Part shown: piece after piece, positions 54,912 through 63,645 of the stretch
How the letters are laid out: each line of letters opens with the position of its first letter
Position numbering within the stretch: the stretch's first letter is position 1
IMG/VR virus record: IMGVR_UViG_3300017971_000297
Span: 1-63,645 of that record
DNA: 63,645 bases
Direction: 5' to 3' (one strand)
Source: a virus
Lineage: Duplodnaviria > Caudoviricetes
Translations under genes and position numbers: made by a program
The notes under the pieces: model-generated
Databases searched by the model: none
What the model was told of the DNA's origin: nothing
The model's input: only the letters and a program-made list of their open reading frames with translations

Positions 54912-57900
54912 TTAACTCCTCCGTCACTTGATGCAACCACTCCTCGTTGTTGGCGAGAGTTTCACAAGCGTTATTTCTACCTTGTCCCAGCTTCTCTCCC
55001 TTGTAGGAATACCAAGCTCCAGCCTTGTCAATAATTTTTTTAGTGACGGCTAAATCAAAAATATCACCTACTATATCTACTCCCTTACCATACAGGAGAT
55101 TAAAGGTGGCCTTCACGCCGGGGGCAGATAATTTATTCTTCTTAACCGTTACTTTCATTTCATGTCCGATGATCTCTTCTCCTTTTTTAAGTTTTTGACC
55201 TGAACGAATATCTAAACGTAAAGAGGCATAATACTTTAAAGCATTACCTCCAGTGGTGGTTTCTGGACTATTGTGTACTAATACCTTATCTACTAAATAG
55301 TTTGAGTTATCTTCCACTTGTAAATCATATTTATAAAGAGATCTTGTCATAGGTTTTTCATACTTATCTAATACATAGGATTCTATCAAAATAGGAGTTT
55401 TGTCTCCTTGGGGTATTTCTGCTAATGTTCCCATAATACTATGTAGCTTAGGATGTATCTTATAGGACATACACTTAGGTAGATAAGGAGCAATATTTCT
55501 CTGAAACTCAAAAGAATCTTTAGATAAGTTATAAAACAAACCCTTTCCTTCTTTAATTGCAGGAATAGGTAGGTTTAATTTTGAAAATATTTGCTGTATT
55601 TTGGCTAAATCTCTCAAAGGCAATAACTTAGCGGAGATAGAACATTTCCCCTTTCCCCACTTTTTATAGTTCCCATTAAATGTTCCATCGTCTGCATACC
55701 AAATGGCAACAGCTCTTTTGGAAAGATTGGAAAGTATCTTGGGGTTAAGATTAATTAGTCCTTTTGACTTTATATTTTTAAGCCACATAAGTTCTGAAGT
55801 GTAGAAGCTTTCAAACCAGAATTGCCCCTTTGCGTTAAATCCGCTGGAAGCTATAAAATTTTCTAATTGCCTTTTCTTCCATTGACAATACTCATTCTGT
55901 TTAATGGAGTGTGTTTCTCTAAATCGTCCAGTTAATTCTTTAAATTTTATAGAGCCATCTCCTAAATAGGAACCCAGTAGAAGTTCTTCTTGAGCTGGAG
56001 ACAAATATTTTGTACTATATACATATACAGAATCTCCTTTATGCAAGGTAGAGGCTTTACGTTCGCCATTAGGAGTAAGAATTACATGATCATCTCCTAT
56101 AGGCAGATTAGATTTCCCTCCATCATGTGGATTTCTTACAACTAATTGAAAAAATTTATTAGCTTTACCATTATTAAAATAATTTATAATTTTTTTTGGA
56201 ACTAACCTATTAGTTTTAGGATCATAAGACATTACTTTTACTGGTAGTTTTTGGTTTACTATTTTGCCTATTTTTTCAGTGGTGCCATTTTCTAATAGCA
56301 CTCTAGCGTTATAATGAAAACAGCCAAACATTACCCCTATTTTCATACGTAGTTGATTAATCCAAATAAGAGAAGTATTAGTTTCCGCTAAAATAGGAGT
56401 AATTTTTCTACAAGCTTGGGACATTAGTCGAGCGGTTAACCCTATATGAGAAGACCCCATGTCCCCATCTACTTCCGCTTGTGGAACCAGAGCAGCAATA
56501 GAATCTAGAACAATCACACTTACTTTACCACTCTTAGCTAAATATTCAATTAGATTTAAGGCTTTTTCAGCGGTGTCAGGCTGAGAAATAAGTAGCTCAT
56601 CTACTTTTACTCCTAAAATTTTAGCTAATCCTAAATCTAAGGAATGTTCTGTGTCAATATAGGCCACAGTTCCCCCCAGTTGTTGGGCTTGAGTAGCCAT
56701 GTATAGTGCCAAAGTGGTTTTGCCGCAGTTGTGGGTAACAAGATAATTGTCTGTAATATACCACTGTGATGGGGAATCCAAAGTAAAACCATATACCATT
56801 TGAGGTTTCGCGGGCTCTATAGTAAATCCTTGATGAGTAACATTTGTTCGCTTGCGTTCTAAAAATAAACATTTTTTCCTTTTTAAGGCAAGAGGAATTT
56901 CTCTATTTAGACTTATATAAAGTCTATAACTAGGAAAAGTTGTGTTTCCTTTATTATAAGAAGTCTGACGTAATGTAATTTTGGCGTATCCTCCCAGACT
57001 GTGTACTATGAACTTTACATCTTCCGCTAATTGGGGAGAGGTTGTAGCATATTCATAGGCATTATTGTTAGATCTACTTCCATCCGTGTCTAGTAATCCC
57101 GCCAACATTTGTAAACGGTAATTAAAGCTGCTATATTTAGCTTGCTTGGGTATATATTTCTCAAAACTATTTTTACGTAGTATTCCCAACTCTTGAAAAT
57201 GATGATGGTACTTACTTTTTTTACTTAGTCTAAGAGTAAGGGCGTTGGCATTTCTCTGATCTACCGTTGCTTCGGAAGTAAATTGGGTTCCAAGTTTAAC
57301 TAATTTATTTACCAAAGAAGGATCTTGAGAATTTGTATGAAAAGTAATATTTCCCCCATCTTTAGGAAATGACCCGTCTCCTAAAAAAGCTCCAAGGACG
57401 TAGCCCGGAATATCTGGGTCTTTACCATATCCCTCGAAGGTCTTAATTACAGGAGAAGTGAAAAGATGACTGTCATTTATAAACTGTTTTGTAGAAAAAG
57501 ATATGTTTTTCGCGGTCATTTCTTTGAGAGTCTTAAAATAAGCAGATTGCTTAGTTTTTGGAATTTTGCGTGCCTCTATATGTGTTAATGGTATTATATG
57601 ACTATGAGAACACTCGTATAATAATTCCCCATTTCGTCTAGATAATAATCTATAGTTTTCTTTACTATAGTAAGAAGTAGTATGGACTACGGTAGAAAAT
57701 AAACTCTCCCCATTCTTTTGTGGGGAGAGTACCCTATCGCCAACTTTAATGTTTTCTACATTTTTCCACGTGCCATTGGACATCATAACTTTTGAACCTG
57801 CTGGTTGACAGGATTCTGGACCAAATAATTCAATCATCCTTCCTCGCGGAATACCTCCAATACCCAAAGCCTTGTCTAATGATAAAATACCTGTGGGAAT

Positions 57901-58002
57901 AACGTCTATATCAGTACGTCCTTCTTCATCATATAAAAGGACAGAACCTTCCCCAAAATGCTTATTGGCAGCCTTCTGTAATTCTTTTAATTCTTTACTC
58001 AT
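54895..58002 (-). CDS. recA: RecA recombinase precursor with two inteins (mature about 323 aa)
   Basis: [22 protein letters not shown]|[48 protein letters not shown]|[22 protein letters not shown]. Confidence 0.97.
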   Translation of the reverse strand: MSKELKELQKAANKHFGEGSVLLYDEEGRTDIDVIPTGILSLDKALGIGGIPRGRMIELFGPESCQPAGSKVMMSNGTWKNVENIKVGDRVLSPQKNGESLFSTVVHTTSYYSKENYRLLSRRNGELLYECSHSHIIPLTHIEARKIPKTKQSAYFKTLKEMTAKNISFSTKQFINDSHLFTSPVIKTFEGYGKDPDIPGYVLGAFLGDGSFPKDGGNITFHTNSQDPSLVNKLVKLGTQFTSEATVDQRNANALTLRLSKKSKYHHHFQELGILRKNSFEKYIPKQAKYSSFNYRLQMLAGLLDTDGSRSNNNAYEYATTSPQLAEDVKFIVHSLGGYAKITLRQTSYNKGNTTFPSYRLYISLNREIPLALKRKKCLFLERKRTNVTHQGFTIEPAKPQMVYGFTLDSPSQWYITDNYLVTHNCGKTTLALYMATQAQQLGGTVAYIDTEHSLDLGLAKILGVKVDELLISQPDTAEKALNLIEYLAKSGKVSVIVLDSIAALVPQAEVDGDMGSSHIGLTARLMSQACRKITPILAETNTSLIWINQLRMKIGVMFGCFHYNARVLLENGTTEKIGKIVNQKLPVKVMSYDPKTNRLVPKKIINYFNNGKANKFFQLVVRNPHDGGKSNLPIGDDHVILTPNGERKASTLHKGDSVYVYSTKYLSPAQEELLLGSYLGDGSIKFKELTGRFRETHSIKQNEYCQWKKRQLENFIASSGFNAKGQFWFESFYTSELMWLKNIKSKGLINLNPKILSNLSKRAVAIWYADDGTFNGNYKKWGKGKCSISAKLLPLRDLAKIQQIFSKLNLPIPAIKEGKGLFYNLSKDSFEFQRNIAPYLPKCMSYKIHPKLHSIMGTLAEIPQGDKTPILIESYVLDKYEKPMTRSLYKYDLQVEDNSNYLVDKVLVHNSPETTTGGNALKYYASLRLDIRSGQKLKKGEEIIGHEMKVTVKKNKLSAPGVKATFNLLYGKGVDIVGDIFDLAVTKKIIDKAGAWYSYKGEKLGQGRNNACETLANNEEWLHQVTEELNGPQS
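55270..56322 (-). mobile_element. Intein 2 (351 aa) with LAGLIDADG endonuclease at the KIGVMFG|SPETT site
   Basis: Starts [23 protein letters not shown], ends [20 protein letters not shown], +1 Ser; LGSYLGDG and IWYADDG motifs. Confidence 0.94.
56728..57810 (-). mobile_element. Intein 1 (361 aa) with LAGLIDADG endonuclease, inserted in the RecA Walker A loop
   Basis: Starts [10 protein letters not shown], ends YLVTHN, +1 Cys; LGAFLGDG and LAGLLDTDG motifs. Confidence 0.93.
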
Positions 58003-58213
58003 TGTTTTCCTCTGGGTAATTATACAGCATTTTTGCTGCTATCATGACATCCTCTGTTAATCTGCTCTCATACTCCTCATCTGTCTCATTCTCTTCTCTA
58101 GGGGGTGGACCAGCTTTTTCCAGCACAGTTAGAACGCACTTTATGGGTTTAGGGAGAGTGGGGTCATCCCGTATAAATTCTGCTTTACCGCCAATTATTT
58201 TAACAACTTTCAT
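57995..58213 (-). CDS. Hypothetical protein
   Basis: 72 aa, overlaps the recA start. Confidence 0.58.
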   Translation of the reverse strand: MKVVKIIGGKAEFIRDDPTLPKPIKCVLTVLEKAGPPPREENETDEEYESRLTEDVMIAAKMLYNYPEENNE

Positions 58214-58572
58214 TATGATCCCTTTGCTACTGTACGTTCTGTTGCCATTATACTTCTACGGGCCTCAAATGCGTTAGACCACGAATCCATATCGTTTTTG
58301 GCTGTTAACATCTTTTCCGTAGCCTGGTTATAATCGTCAATAAAAGTTTTCCAATCTTGGCTGGCGTAGGCAACTTCCTCTAAGTCGTCCCTGGTCCAGT
58401 ATTTCTTACCATTGGGGGGAGTAGTTTTACGCAGAGCTTGTTTGATGCTAGCCAGCTTATGTTTTTCCCCCACCTGAAAGCGGTGGTGGAGGGTCTTAGC
58501 AGCTACCCACTTCTCCCCAGCCTTAAATAGATTCTGTACAATCTCATCAATACCCAAAACCTTGGTTGACAT
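58213..58572 (-). CDS. Helical protein, possibly a UvsY-like recombination mediator
   Basis: All-helical 119 aa, E..AYAS..W...FEARRS..A.ER pattern, two genes upstream of recA; start MSTK after GGGAG. Confidence 0.45.
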   Translation of the reverse strand: MSTKVLGIDEIVQNLFKAGEKWVAAKTLHHRFQVGEKHKLASIKQALRKTTPPNGKKYWTRDDLEEVAYASQDWKTFIDDYNQATEKMLTAKNDMDSWSNAFEARRSIMATERTVAKGS

Positions 58573-58978
58573 AATACATAACTCCCGCAAAAATGTTTAA
58601 AATATTCCATAGAACCACTGCTGAAAGCAAGATGGTTGCATATTTTAATATAAAGTAACGTTTCTTCCTTAAAAAATAGATGGTTATAAGGATGCCTAAA
58701 AGAGCCTTAACTACCAAGAACCATATAGGTCCGGTTTCCAACAGAGCTTTCATTAGAGGGTTAACCTCCAACGCCCCCATACGCATGGTGGCCATTACTG
58801 TTAAAAACGCATCAGCGAGGTTAAAGTAGTTTAGTCCTATTACCCATACCCACTTATTTTTTGCTTCTTTTTCGTTTTGGTCCTTTACCTTTGATTCTAA
58901 ACTCTGACCAAAAGACCTTACCCTCTTGAACAAGCCTTTTAATCTTTTTTTGATTGTATGATAGATGGCTTTTACCAC
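58547..58978 (-). CDS. DUF5658-like membrane protein (start uncertain)
   Basis: NLADAFLT...GALEVNPLM..LL..G...FLVVK with three TM segments. Confidence 0.7.
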   Translation of the reverse strand: MVKAIYHTIKKRLKGLFKRVRSFGQSLESKVKDQNEKEAKNKWVWVIGLNYFNLADAFLTVMATMRMGALEVNPLMKALLETGPIWFLVVKALLGILITIYFLRKKRYFILKYATILLSAVVLWNILNIFAGVMYYVNQGFGY

Positions 58979-59399
58979 TTTTTACCTCTATGAAATAGAC
59001 TCCGTTATCCTCGAAGGAAATGTAATCGATAGGTTGCCCCAGCCATTTCATGTTTCTGGGGGTGTATTCTTCCATCATTAGGGGGGCTAGGTGTTCTACT
59101 ACGTGCCCCGTTCTGATCTCTGAACTCTTTTTTAAACTCAGGATCTTACGATTATTCTCCATCTCTTTGTCTAGAAGGGCCTGTTTTTCCTCTACTTGCC
59201 TGTTACTATTACTTAGCTCCTTCTCTTTACCACCAAGGAGTGTCTGTAATCCCCCGACTGTCTCTCTGAGGGTGCCGACTTCATACCTTAGTTGGCTATT
59301 TTCATCTTCTAGGTGAGATGGGGAAGATCGTCTTAACAGTAAAGTGATAAGAATTCCTAATAGGGCACCGATCACTAAACCAAAAACTATTTCTCCCAT
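58854..59399 (-). CDS. Membrane-anchored PD-(D/E)xK endonuclease related to archaeal Holliday junction resolvase (PF10107-like)
   Basis: N-terminal TM plus coiled coil; G.VVEHLAP, LGQPIDYISF, FIEVKSGKS.LS.NQKKIK..V.EGKV.W. Confidence 0.8.
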   Translation of the reverse strand: MGEIVFGLVIGALLGILITLLLRRSSPSHLEDENSQLRYEVGTLRETVGGLQTLLGGKEKELSNSNRQVEEKQALLDKEMENNRKILSLKKSSEIRTGHVVEHLAPLMMEEYTPRNMKWLGQPIDYISFEDNGVYFIEVKSGKSHLSYNQKKIKRLVQEGKVFWSEFRIKGKGPKRKRSKK

Positions 59400-59408
59400 A
59401 TATTCTCC

Positions 59409-59798
59409 TTAGTTAGCTGCTCCTAGTGCAAATCCTGCCGCCACGGTTAAGCCTATACCAACAATGGTGTAAAGTAGCTTGTCTCTATTATGAGCTTTTA
59501 TTACCTTTAAAAGATTGTCCTCTGAATCTTCCCAAGCTGTTTTATAACGTTCTTCGGCTAGGATGTGAAATTGAATCTGATCCTTGTAATTCAATATGAG
59601 ATTGTCTTTAAGTAGAACCTGTTGCTCCATATATTTTAGCTTAATAATATCTAACCTTACCTGCTGCTCTTGGTCTACTGTGAATAGATATCCATCATAC
59701 GGAGCTGGTTCTCCTTTCTTTAACTTCACGGGTCCGCCCGCAAAGGCAGACGTAGTGAGCATAAAGAACAAGGCAATAGTAGTAATTAGCTTCTTCAT
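59409..59798 (-). CDS. Exported protein with signal peptide, coiled coil and C-terminal TM
   Basis: MKKLI...SAFA signal; KGEPAPYDGYL; hydrophobic C-terminus. Confidence 0.7.
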   Translation of the reverse strand: MKKLITTIALFFMLTTSAFAGGPVKLKKGEPAPYDGYLFTVDQEQQVRLDIIKLKYMEQQVLLKDNLILNYKDQIQFHILAEERYKTAWEDSEDNLLKVIKAHNRDKLLYTIVGIGLTVAAGFALGAAN

Positions 59799-59799
59799 T

Positions 59800-60342
59800 T
59801 TATTTGCCTTTTAGTAAAACTTTTAGCATCTTCTCTGCTTTTTCCAACTTAACTCTATCTTTGTACGAGAGCCTAATAGAGACTTCACTGTAGGGGTGGC
59901 TAATATCGAGCACTTCCCAATCTCCTCGTCGTTTAGGAACGAAACTCAGCCTGCTAACCACACAATCTTCCAGAGTGTAGACATATCTCTTAGGATTTCC
60001 CCCCTCTACTATATGAATGTTTCCTACTTTCTGACCAATTTGTAGCTTTTCAAACCCCTCCACATCTGTTGCCAGGTCTAGGGTTTTCTCAGTTTCAGTT
60101 TCCAGTATAGACATCTCCGAAGGATACACGGTAGGGAAATCATCGGACATTATGTAAAATTCATATCTAGTCATTGTGGAAGTAGACCCAGATAGAGTAT
60201 TCCCAACTGATACGGGAACTGAGTGGGTATGGCCAGCAGCTACACCTGTCATTCCTGTAAGAGGAGACCCCCCGTTTATCTGATTTGGAGGATCTCCCGT
60301 GCTAGAGAAAGATTTACATATATTCTTAAATATGTTACTCAT
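59800..60342 (-). CDS. Hypothetical protein
   Basis: Start MSNIFK at 60342 preferred, overlapping the upstream stop. Confidence 0.6.
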   Translation of the reverse strand: MSNIFKNICKSFSSTGDPPNQINGGSPLTGMTGVAAGHTHSVPVSVGNTLSGSTSTMTRYEFYIMSDDFPTVYPSEMSILETETEKTLDLATDVEGFEKLQIGQKVGNIHIVEGGNPKRYVYTLEDCVVSRLSFVPKRRGDWEVLDISHPYSEVSIRLSYKDRVKLEKAEKMLKVLLKGK

Positions 60343-60634
60343 TAAAATACCCATCCCAGAATTCTTGGATCTCACTCTCTGTAGCTTCCTTTGCTTTTTT
60401 CTCTTCTTCCCGCATTTTTTCAGCAATTTCAATAAGTTGTTCCTCTTTTTCTTTTGCTTCTTCCTCAGAGATTTTTAGCTTAGCCTTAATCTCATTGACA
60501 TCCTCTTCTACTTTTTTGCGCCTTAAGATGGACTTTAGATTGGCAACAGTATTCTGATCTCTTAGGACCATTGCCACAAAGATAACGGCCAGCCCAATGA
60601 CGCCAATCCAGAAATATTCCTTAATTTTGGACAT
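60335..60634 (-). CDS. Membrane-anchored coiled-coil protein
   Basis: FWIGVIGLAVIFVAMVL followed by E/K heptads. Confidence 0.68.
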   Translation of the reverse strand: MSKIKEYFWIGVIGLAVIFVAMVLRDQNTVANLKSILRRKKVEEDVNEIKAKLKISEEEAKEKEEQLIEIAEKMREEEKKAKEATESEIQEFWDGYFNE

Positions 60635-61367
60635 TGTATTTCCTTAATGGATTAGTTATTGTATTGCCATCTTTCTCATCTGAGCTGAAGAAAAAGATAC
60701 CCCTAGTTTGGGCCGGGAATGGTTCAGCAGTGTAATACAGCTCATTTATAACACCATCCACTACACCATACTTTGCGGCATCGGTAGCAGTTAACCACCA
60801 ATTTTTCTTAGCCATATACTGATAACTGTGGGTTGAAATACCCATTTGATGCGCCACATCTTTATCTAGATCGCCTAAATATTTAGTAACAAATTGAACC
60901 AACTCAAATATACGTGCTGCTGAGTCATAGGGCACTTGATAGGAAGCTTCATGAAACATTATCGCAGCGTGCTTATGAATCAGAGTTCGATAACAGAATT
61001 GAGAAAGGATAGCAGCCATAGAGTAGGCTTCGCTCTCAATAGCGCAATAGACCCTTGATTCTAATGCTTTAATAGTATCAATAAGCTCTAACCCATCAAC
61101 AACAGAACCACCGGGACTGTTAATAATAATAAATATATCCTGGTGGGTGAGTTCATTCATGCCCTTAATTGCCGAAATAATTGGGGCAACACTGGCAGCA
61201 GTAATAGGACCTTTCAGAACAACCGTGCGATCATTGTTAACTTTCAAAGTATAGTTAATAACCTTTCCGGGCTTGTCCAATGTCACTTTGGTCATATCTG
61301 AAGCATAGCTGTTGGCGGCCCCAAAAAGAATCACCGCAGACAGAATTCCCAATAATTTCTTTACCAT
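60621..61367 (-). CDS. ClpP/crotonase-like serine protease with N-terminal signal peptide
   Basis: IIINSPGGSV, AYSMAA (Ser), IMFHE (His), WLTATDAAKYGVVD; MVKKLLGILSAVILFGAANSYA signal. Confidence 0.85.
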   Translation of the reverse strand: MVKKLLGILSAVILFGAANSYASDMTKVTLDKPGKVINYTLKVNNDRTVVLKGPITAASVAPIISAIKGMNELTHQDIFIIINSPGGSVVDGLELIDTIKALESRVYCAIESEAYSMAAILSQFCYRTLIHKHAAIMFHEASYQVPYDSAARIFELVQFVTKYLGDLDKDVAHQMGISTHSYQYMAKKNWWLTATDAAKYGVVDGVINELYYTAEPFPAQTRGIFFFSSDEKDGNTITNPLRKYNVQN

Positions 61368-61606
61368 TACTTACTCTCCTTGCCATTGAGTTTAAGATCC
61401 GAATACTTCCTGGCTGTATAAGACGCCAAAGATGGGGTAAGAATAGCAGCATCAATAGCAGCTAAATGTTGAACAAAGACTGAATTTCCGGTTAACCAGG
61501 CAGCCACAAAACCCGTGACTGTGAGAATACCTGCTAAAACAAAGCCAGCCACGGCCAGGCTTAGCATAGTATCCGGCTTTTTAGTTCTTGGGTGCTTTAA
61601 CCACAT
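61367..61606 (-). CDS. Small two-TM membrane protein (holin-like)
   Basis: Two hydrophobic segments; Y.ARKY near the C-terminus. Confidence 0.62.
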   Translation of the reverse strand: MWLKHPRTKKPDTMLSLAVAGFVLAGILTVTGFVAAWLTGNSVFVQHLAAIDAAILTPSLASYTARKYSDLKLNGKESK

Positions 61607-61862
61607 TTCTTAATTTCCTCCTCAATCTCTTCATATAGGTTATTGGCTCTTCCTCTTCAAGTGTTATAGTGACTTTCATAAGCCTTCTGTCCGTTGAGCA
61701 CACTGTTAAAGCTTCTGTCTTTGTACGAAAGACTCCATAGATATGCCCCGGAAAAAGACCCACTTCCATATTGTGTACATCGTTAGAAGTAAAGTTCGGC
61801 CAGTTAGATTGCTCTGCTACGAACCGGGGTACCCAACCATGCAGTTCTTTCTTCCACGACAT
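61581..61862 (-). CDS. Hypothetical protein carrying the YMK tag
   Basis: Start MSWKKE after GGAGG; ends EEPITYMKRLRRKLRNVVKAPKN. Confidence 0.65.
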   Translation of the reverse strand: MSWKKELHGWVPRFVAEQSNWPNFTSNDVHNMEVGLFPGHIYGVFRTKTEALTVCSTDRRLMKVTITLEEEEPITYMKRLRRKLRNVVKAPKN

Positions 61863-62476
61863 TATAACAAAACCTCCGGATCTATCCGAAATAGAGTACA
61901 ATTATTAGGATCTTTGGTGAACCAGGCTAAAGCTATACATATAGCGTCATACAAGTCTGTGGGCGTAGCTCTTTCCTTGCCCGTAATATTTGATACCATC
62001 TTTTTAGGAAAGGTGTCTGGAAAAATCGTGTTTACATACTTTTTTGCTGGATCTTTCCAAGCAGCACTTCCCGCCTTAGTCTTGTCTTTCTTAATTCCCA
62101 AGGCTGCTCGCCAGGTTTGAGGCAATATGGAGTCAAATGTCAGAGGGGGCTCTAGCTCATAACAGCAAGATTTGATAGCCCCGGTAGCCTCCGGAATTAC
62201 CAAAACACCACACATACGTTTTCGGTTAACCATGTAGCCCTCAGCCACAATACCATCCACTTTATATTGAATATAGGCTATATTCTCAATAAATTTGGTA
62301 AGATAGTTATACTTTTCCCCGTGGCTCCATTTAGGGTCAAACCAGATAACTCCAGCTTTGTGGATTGTTGCCTCTTTCCTACCCACATGCTGGGAAGCCA
62401 CAACCCAGCCCGTACAGCTACTAGAGATGTCTAGAAATAGTATCCGGTTATCCCCATAGTTCTTTATGTTACTCAT
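61862..62476 (-). CDS. RuvC-like Holliday junction resolvase
   Basis: ILFLDISSSCTGW, IVAEG, PQTWRAALG, DLYDAICIA (RNase H-like catalytic D/E/D/D). Confidence 0.82.
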   Translation of the reverse strand: MSNIKNYGDNRILFLDISSSCTGWVVASQHVGRKEATIHKAGVIWFDPKWSHGEKYNYLTKFIENIAYIQYKVDGIVAEGYMVNRKRMCGVLVIPEATGAIKSCCYELEPPLTFDSILPQTWRAALGIKKDKTKAGSAAWKDPAKKYVNTIFPDTFPKKMVSNITGKERATPTDLYDAICIALAWFTKDPNNCTLFRIDPEVLL

Positions 62477-62696
62477 TGGATTCCTTTTTATCTTTCATGT
62501 ATCTAATAGGGTCTCGAACAATTCTAAATTCTCTATGGCGGACCACCCTACCATGAGAGTACAACTGCTCTATCTCTCTTCTCTGAACTTTTAAACCACT
62601 ATCTACCAGCAAGATTCTGATTGCTTCGACCAGTATGCCTACATTTACATCAGAGTCTAGCGGGCAATCTTCCCACCTACTTGGATTCTGCTCCAT
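62469..62696 (-). CDS. Hypothetical protein carrying the YMK tag
   Basis: Ends RDPIRYMKDKKESNE; overlaps both neighbours. Confidence 0.62.
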   Translation of the reverse strand: MEQNPSRWEDCPLDSDVNVGILVEAIRILLVDSGLKVQRREIEQLYSHGRVVRHREFRIVRDPIRYMKDKKESNE

Positions 62697-63519
62697 CTTT
62701 TTTATCCTCAGCTTGTCCTAACATTTCTAGCTGCTCTATATCATTCGGTTGTGGAGGTAGTTCTGGTTCAAACTCCTCTTTTCTCACACTAATGACAATT
62801 TCCTTTGGCATCTCCATCTGTATTCGGGTATATAGAGAAGTTACTAATTTCTTAATCTTACTCTCTGAAGGAGGTTTACTAAACGTTTTTCTGCGTACAC
62901 CCTTTCTGAAATTCCCCCTCTTTCTGGGGGAGGTGATTTTATCTGCCAAGCCTAGCTGGATGGTCTCTTCTGCCGTTAAGTATAGATCTCTCTGGCAAAC
63001 CTTAGCCCAGAATTCAGGGGACATAAATGAGTTATCAGCAAAAACCTTACACAGCATGTCTTTGAGTCTCTTATCCTCATCTTGGAGAATAGTCATGTCT
63101 GTACTGGATGCCGTGTTTCCCCACCATCCGTCGTGAACCATAATGACTGTGTTTTCAGCTAAATACCTTTCATCGCATACTGCCATAATCCAGGTAGCCG
63201 CGCTCATAATAAACCCAGAACCTCGGAAGATAAATTTGCAAGGAGCTTGTTGTATCTTATCCATCAAGGCTAACATAGCGTATGGATCTCCCCCATAGGA
63301 CGATACAACTAATTCTATAGGCTCAGTTTCATTGATATCCAGCATCTTATCTATAGCGCGTAGCGCATAGGAGATTGTGCTGAAATCAAACTCATCGCCA
63401 TCCGGGAAAGCAACATCCCCGAAGTATATCCGACGCTTGTAGAGATCTATACCATACCGTAGATAGTTCTCTAATGCATCGTTTTCTTTCTTTATCTTAG
63501 CCTTTTCACCCTTGTTCAT
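62677..63519 (-). CDS. clpP: ClpP-like protease with C-terminal extension
   Basis: RRIYFG, PIELVVSSYGGD, IMSAAT (Ser), IMVHD (His), RDLYLTAEE..LGLADKI (Asp). Confidence 0.88.
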   Translation of the reverse strand: MNKGEKAKIKKENDALENYLRYGIDLYKRRIYFGDVAFPDGDEFDFSTISYALRAIDKMLDINETEPIELVVSSYGGDPYAMLALMDKIQQAPCKFIFRGSGFIMSAATWIMAVCDERYLAENTVIMVHDGWWGNTASSTDMTILQDEDKRLKDMLCKVFADNSFMSPEFWAKVCQRDLYLTAEETIQLGLADKITSPRKRGNFRKGVRRKTFSKPPSESKIKKLVTSLYTRIQMEMPKEIVISVRKEEFEPELPPQPNDIEQLEMLGQAEDKKDGAESK

Positions 63520-63645
63520 AATTCCTCACTTGCCCAAACAGCCAGCCTTGACCGTTCAGATTTTAACAGGTGTATATGCCCAATGAAGTCAGCTTTTTTG
63601 CCAGCTTTAACAGCACCCACCAACCCGTTGTTAGTACCATCCAGC
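63516..63645 (-). CDS. 3' end of a PhoH-family ATPase (truncated by the window edge)
   Basis: Hand-translated LDGTNNGLVGAVKAGKKADFIGHIHLLKSERSRLAVWASEEL*, matching the PhoH/YlaK C-terminus (LD...NGL...GHI.L.K.ERS.LA). Confidence 0.65.
   Translation of the reverse strand, partial: LDGTNNGLVGAVKAGKKADFIGHIHLLKSERSRLAVWASEEL

Noticed and set aside
552-63136. Numerous antisense or nested ORFs of 60-170 aa in the ORF track (e.g. 24873-25307 -, 52508-52846 +, 62621-63136 +)
   Set aside because: They overlap well-supported genes, lack RBSs and have the composition of shadow frames.
60621-63519. ClpP-like genes as the prohead maturation protease
   Set aside because: They lie about 48 kb from the head genes on the opposite strand, one has a signal peptide, and the head module is scaffold plus MCP with no evident propeptide. 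Not strictly excluded.
1-63645. Alternative genetic code (stop-codon reassignment)
   Set aside because: Long conserved genes are intact in the standard code, TAA, TAG and TGA all end genes at tight junctions, and coding density is high.
1-63645. tRNA, rRNA, integrase or transposase genes
   Set aside because: No cloverleaf with T-loop/D-loop consensus seen in the few intergenic gaps and no recombinase or transposase motifs; a tRNAscan-SE run would confirm.

Overview
About 64 kb of a large tailed dsDNA bacteriophage (myovirus) genome in the standard genetic code. All family assignments come from motif recognition by eye; no database searches were run. The + strand carries: (i) 1-2813, a tightly overlapping array of small genes, most encoding SH3/KOW-like proteins that share a C-terminal peptide tag; (ii) 3.0-13.2 kb, packaging and head genes (TerS, TerL, portal, scaffold, major capsid) interleaved with small basic proteins; (iii) 13.2-50 kb, putative head-decoration proteins, neck, an enlarged tail sheath, three gp19-like tube paralogs, a tail chaperone with a -1 frameshift site, tape measure, an eCIS-like baseplate and several fibres/spikes; (iv) a holin-like gene and an amidase endolysin. 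From 51.2 kb to the end, a convergent - strand region encodes a nucleoside deoxyribosyltransferase-like protein, dUTPase, RecA with two LAGLIDADG inteins, a UvsY-like protein, two resolvase-like nucleases, two ClpP-like proteases (one with a signal peptide), membrane proteins and the 3' end of a PhoH-like gene. The most striking unexplained signal is a portable near-C-terminal motif, roughly [DNE]-[TPVIL]-[ILMV]-x-[YT]-M-[KR] followed by a basic tail, on at least 12 small proteins at three separate loci. Other candidates are a small beta-rich module reused across many virion proteins, several structured intergenic RNA candidates and a bipartite intergenic DNA motif repeated 52 kb apart.
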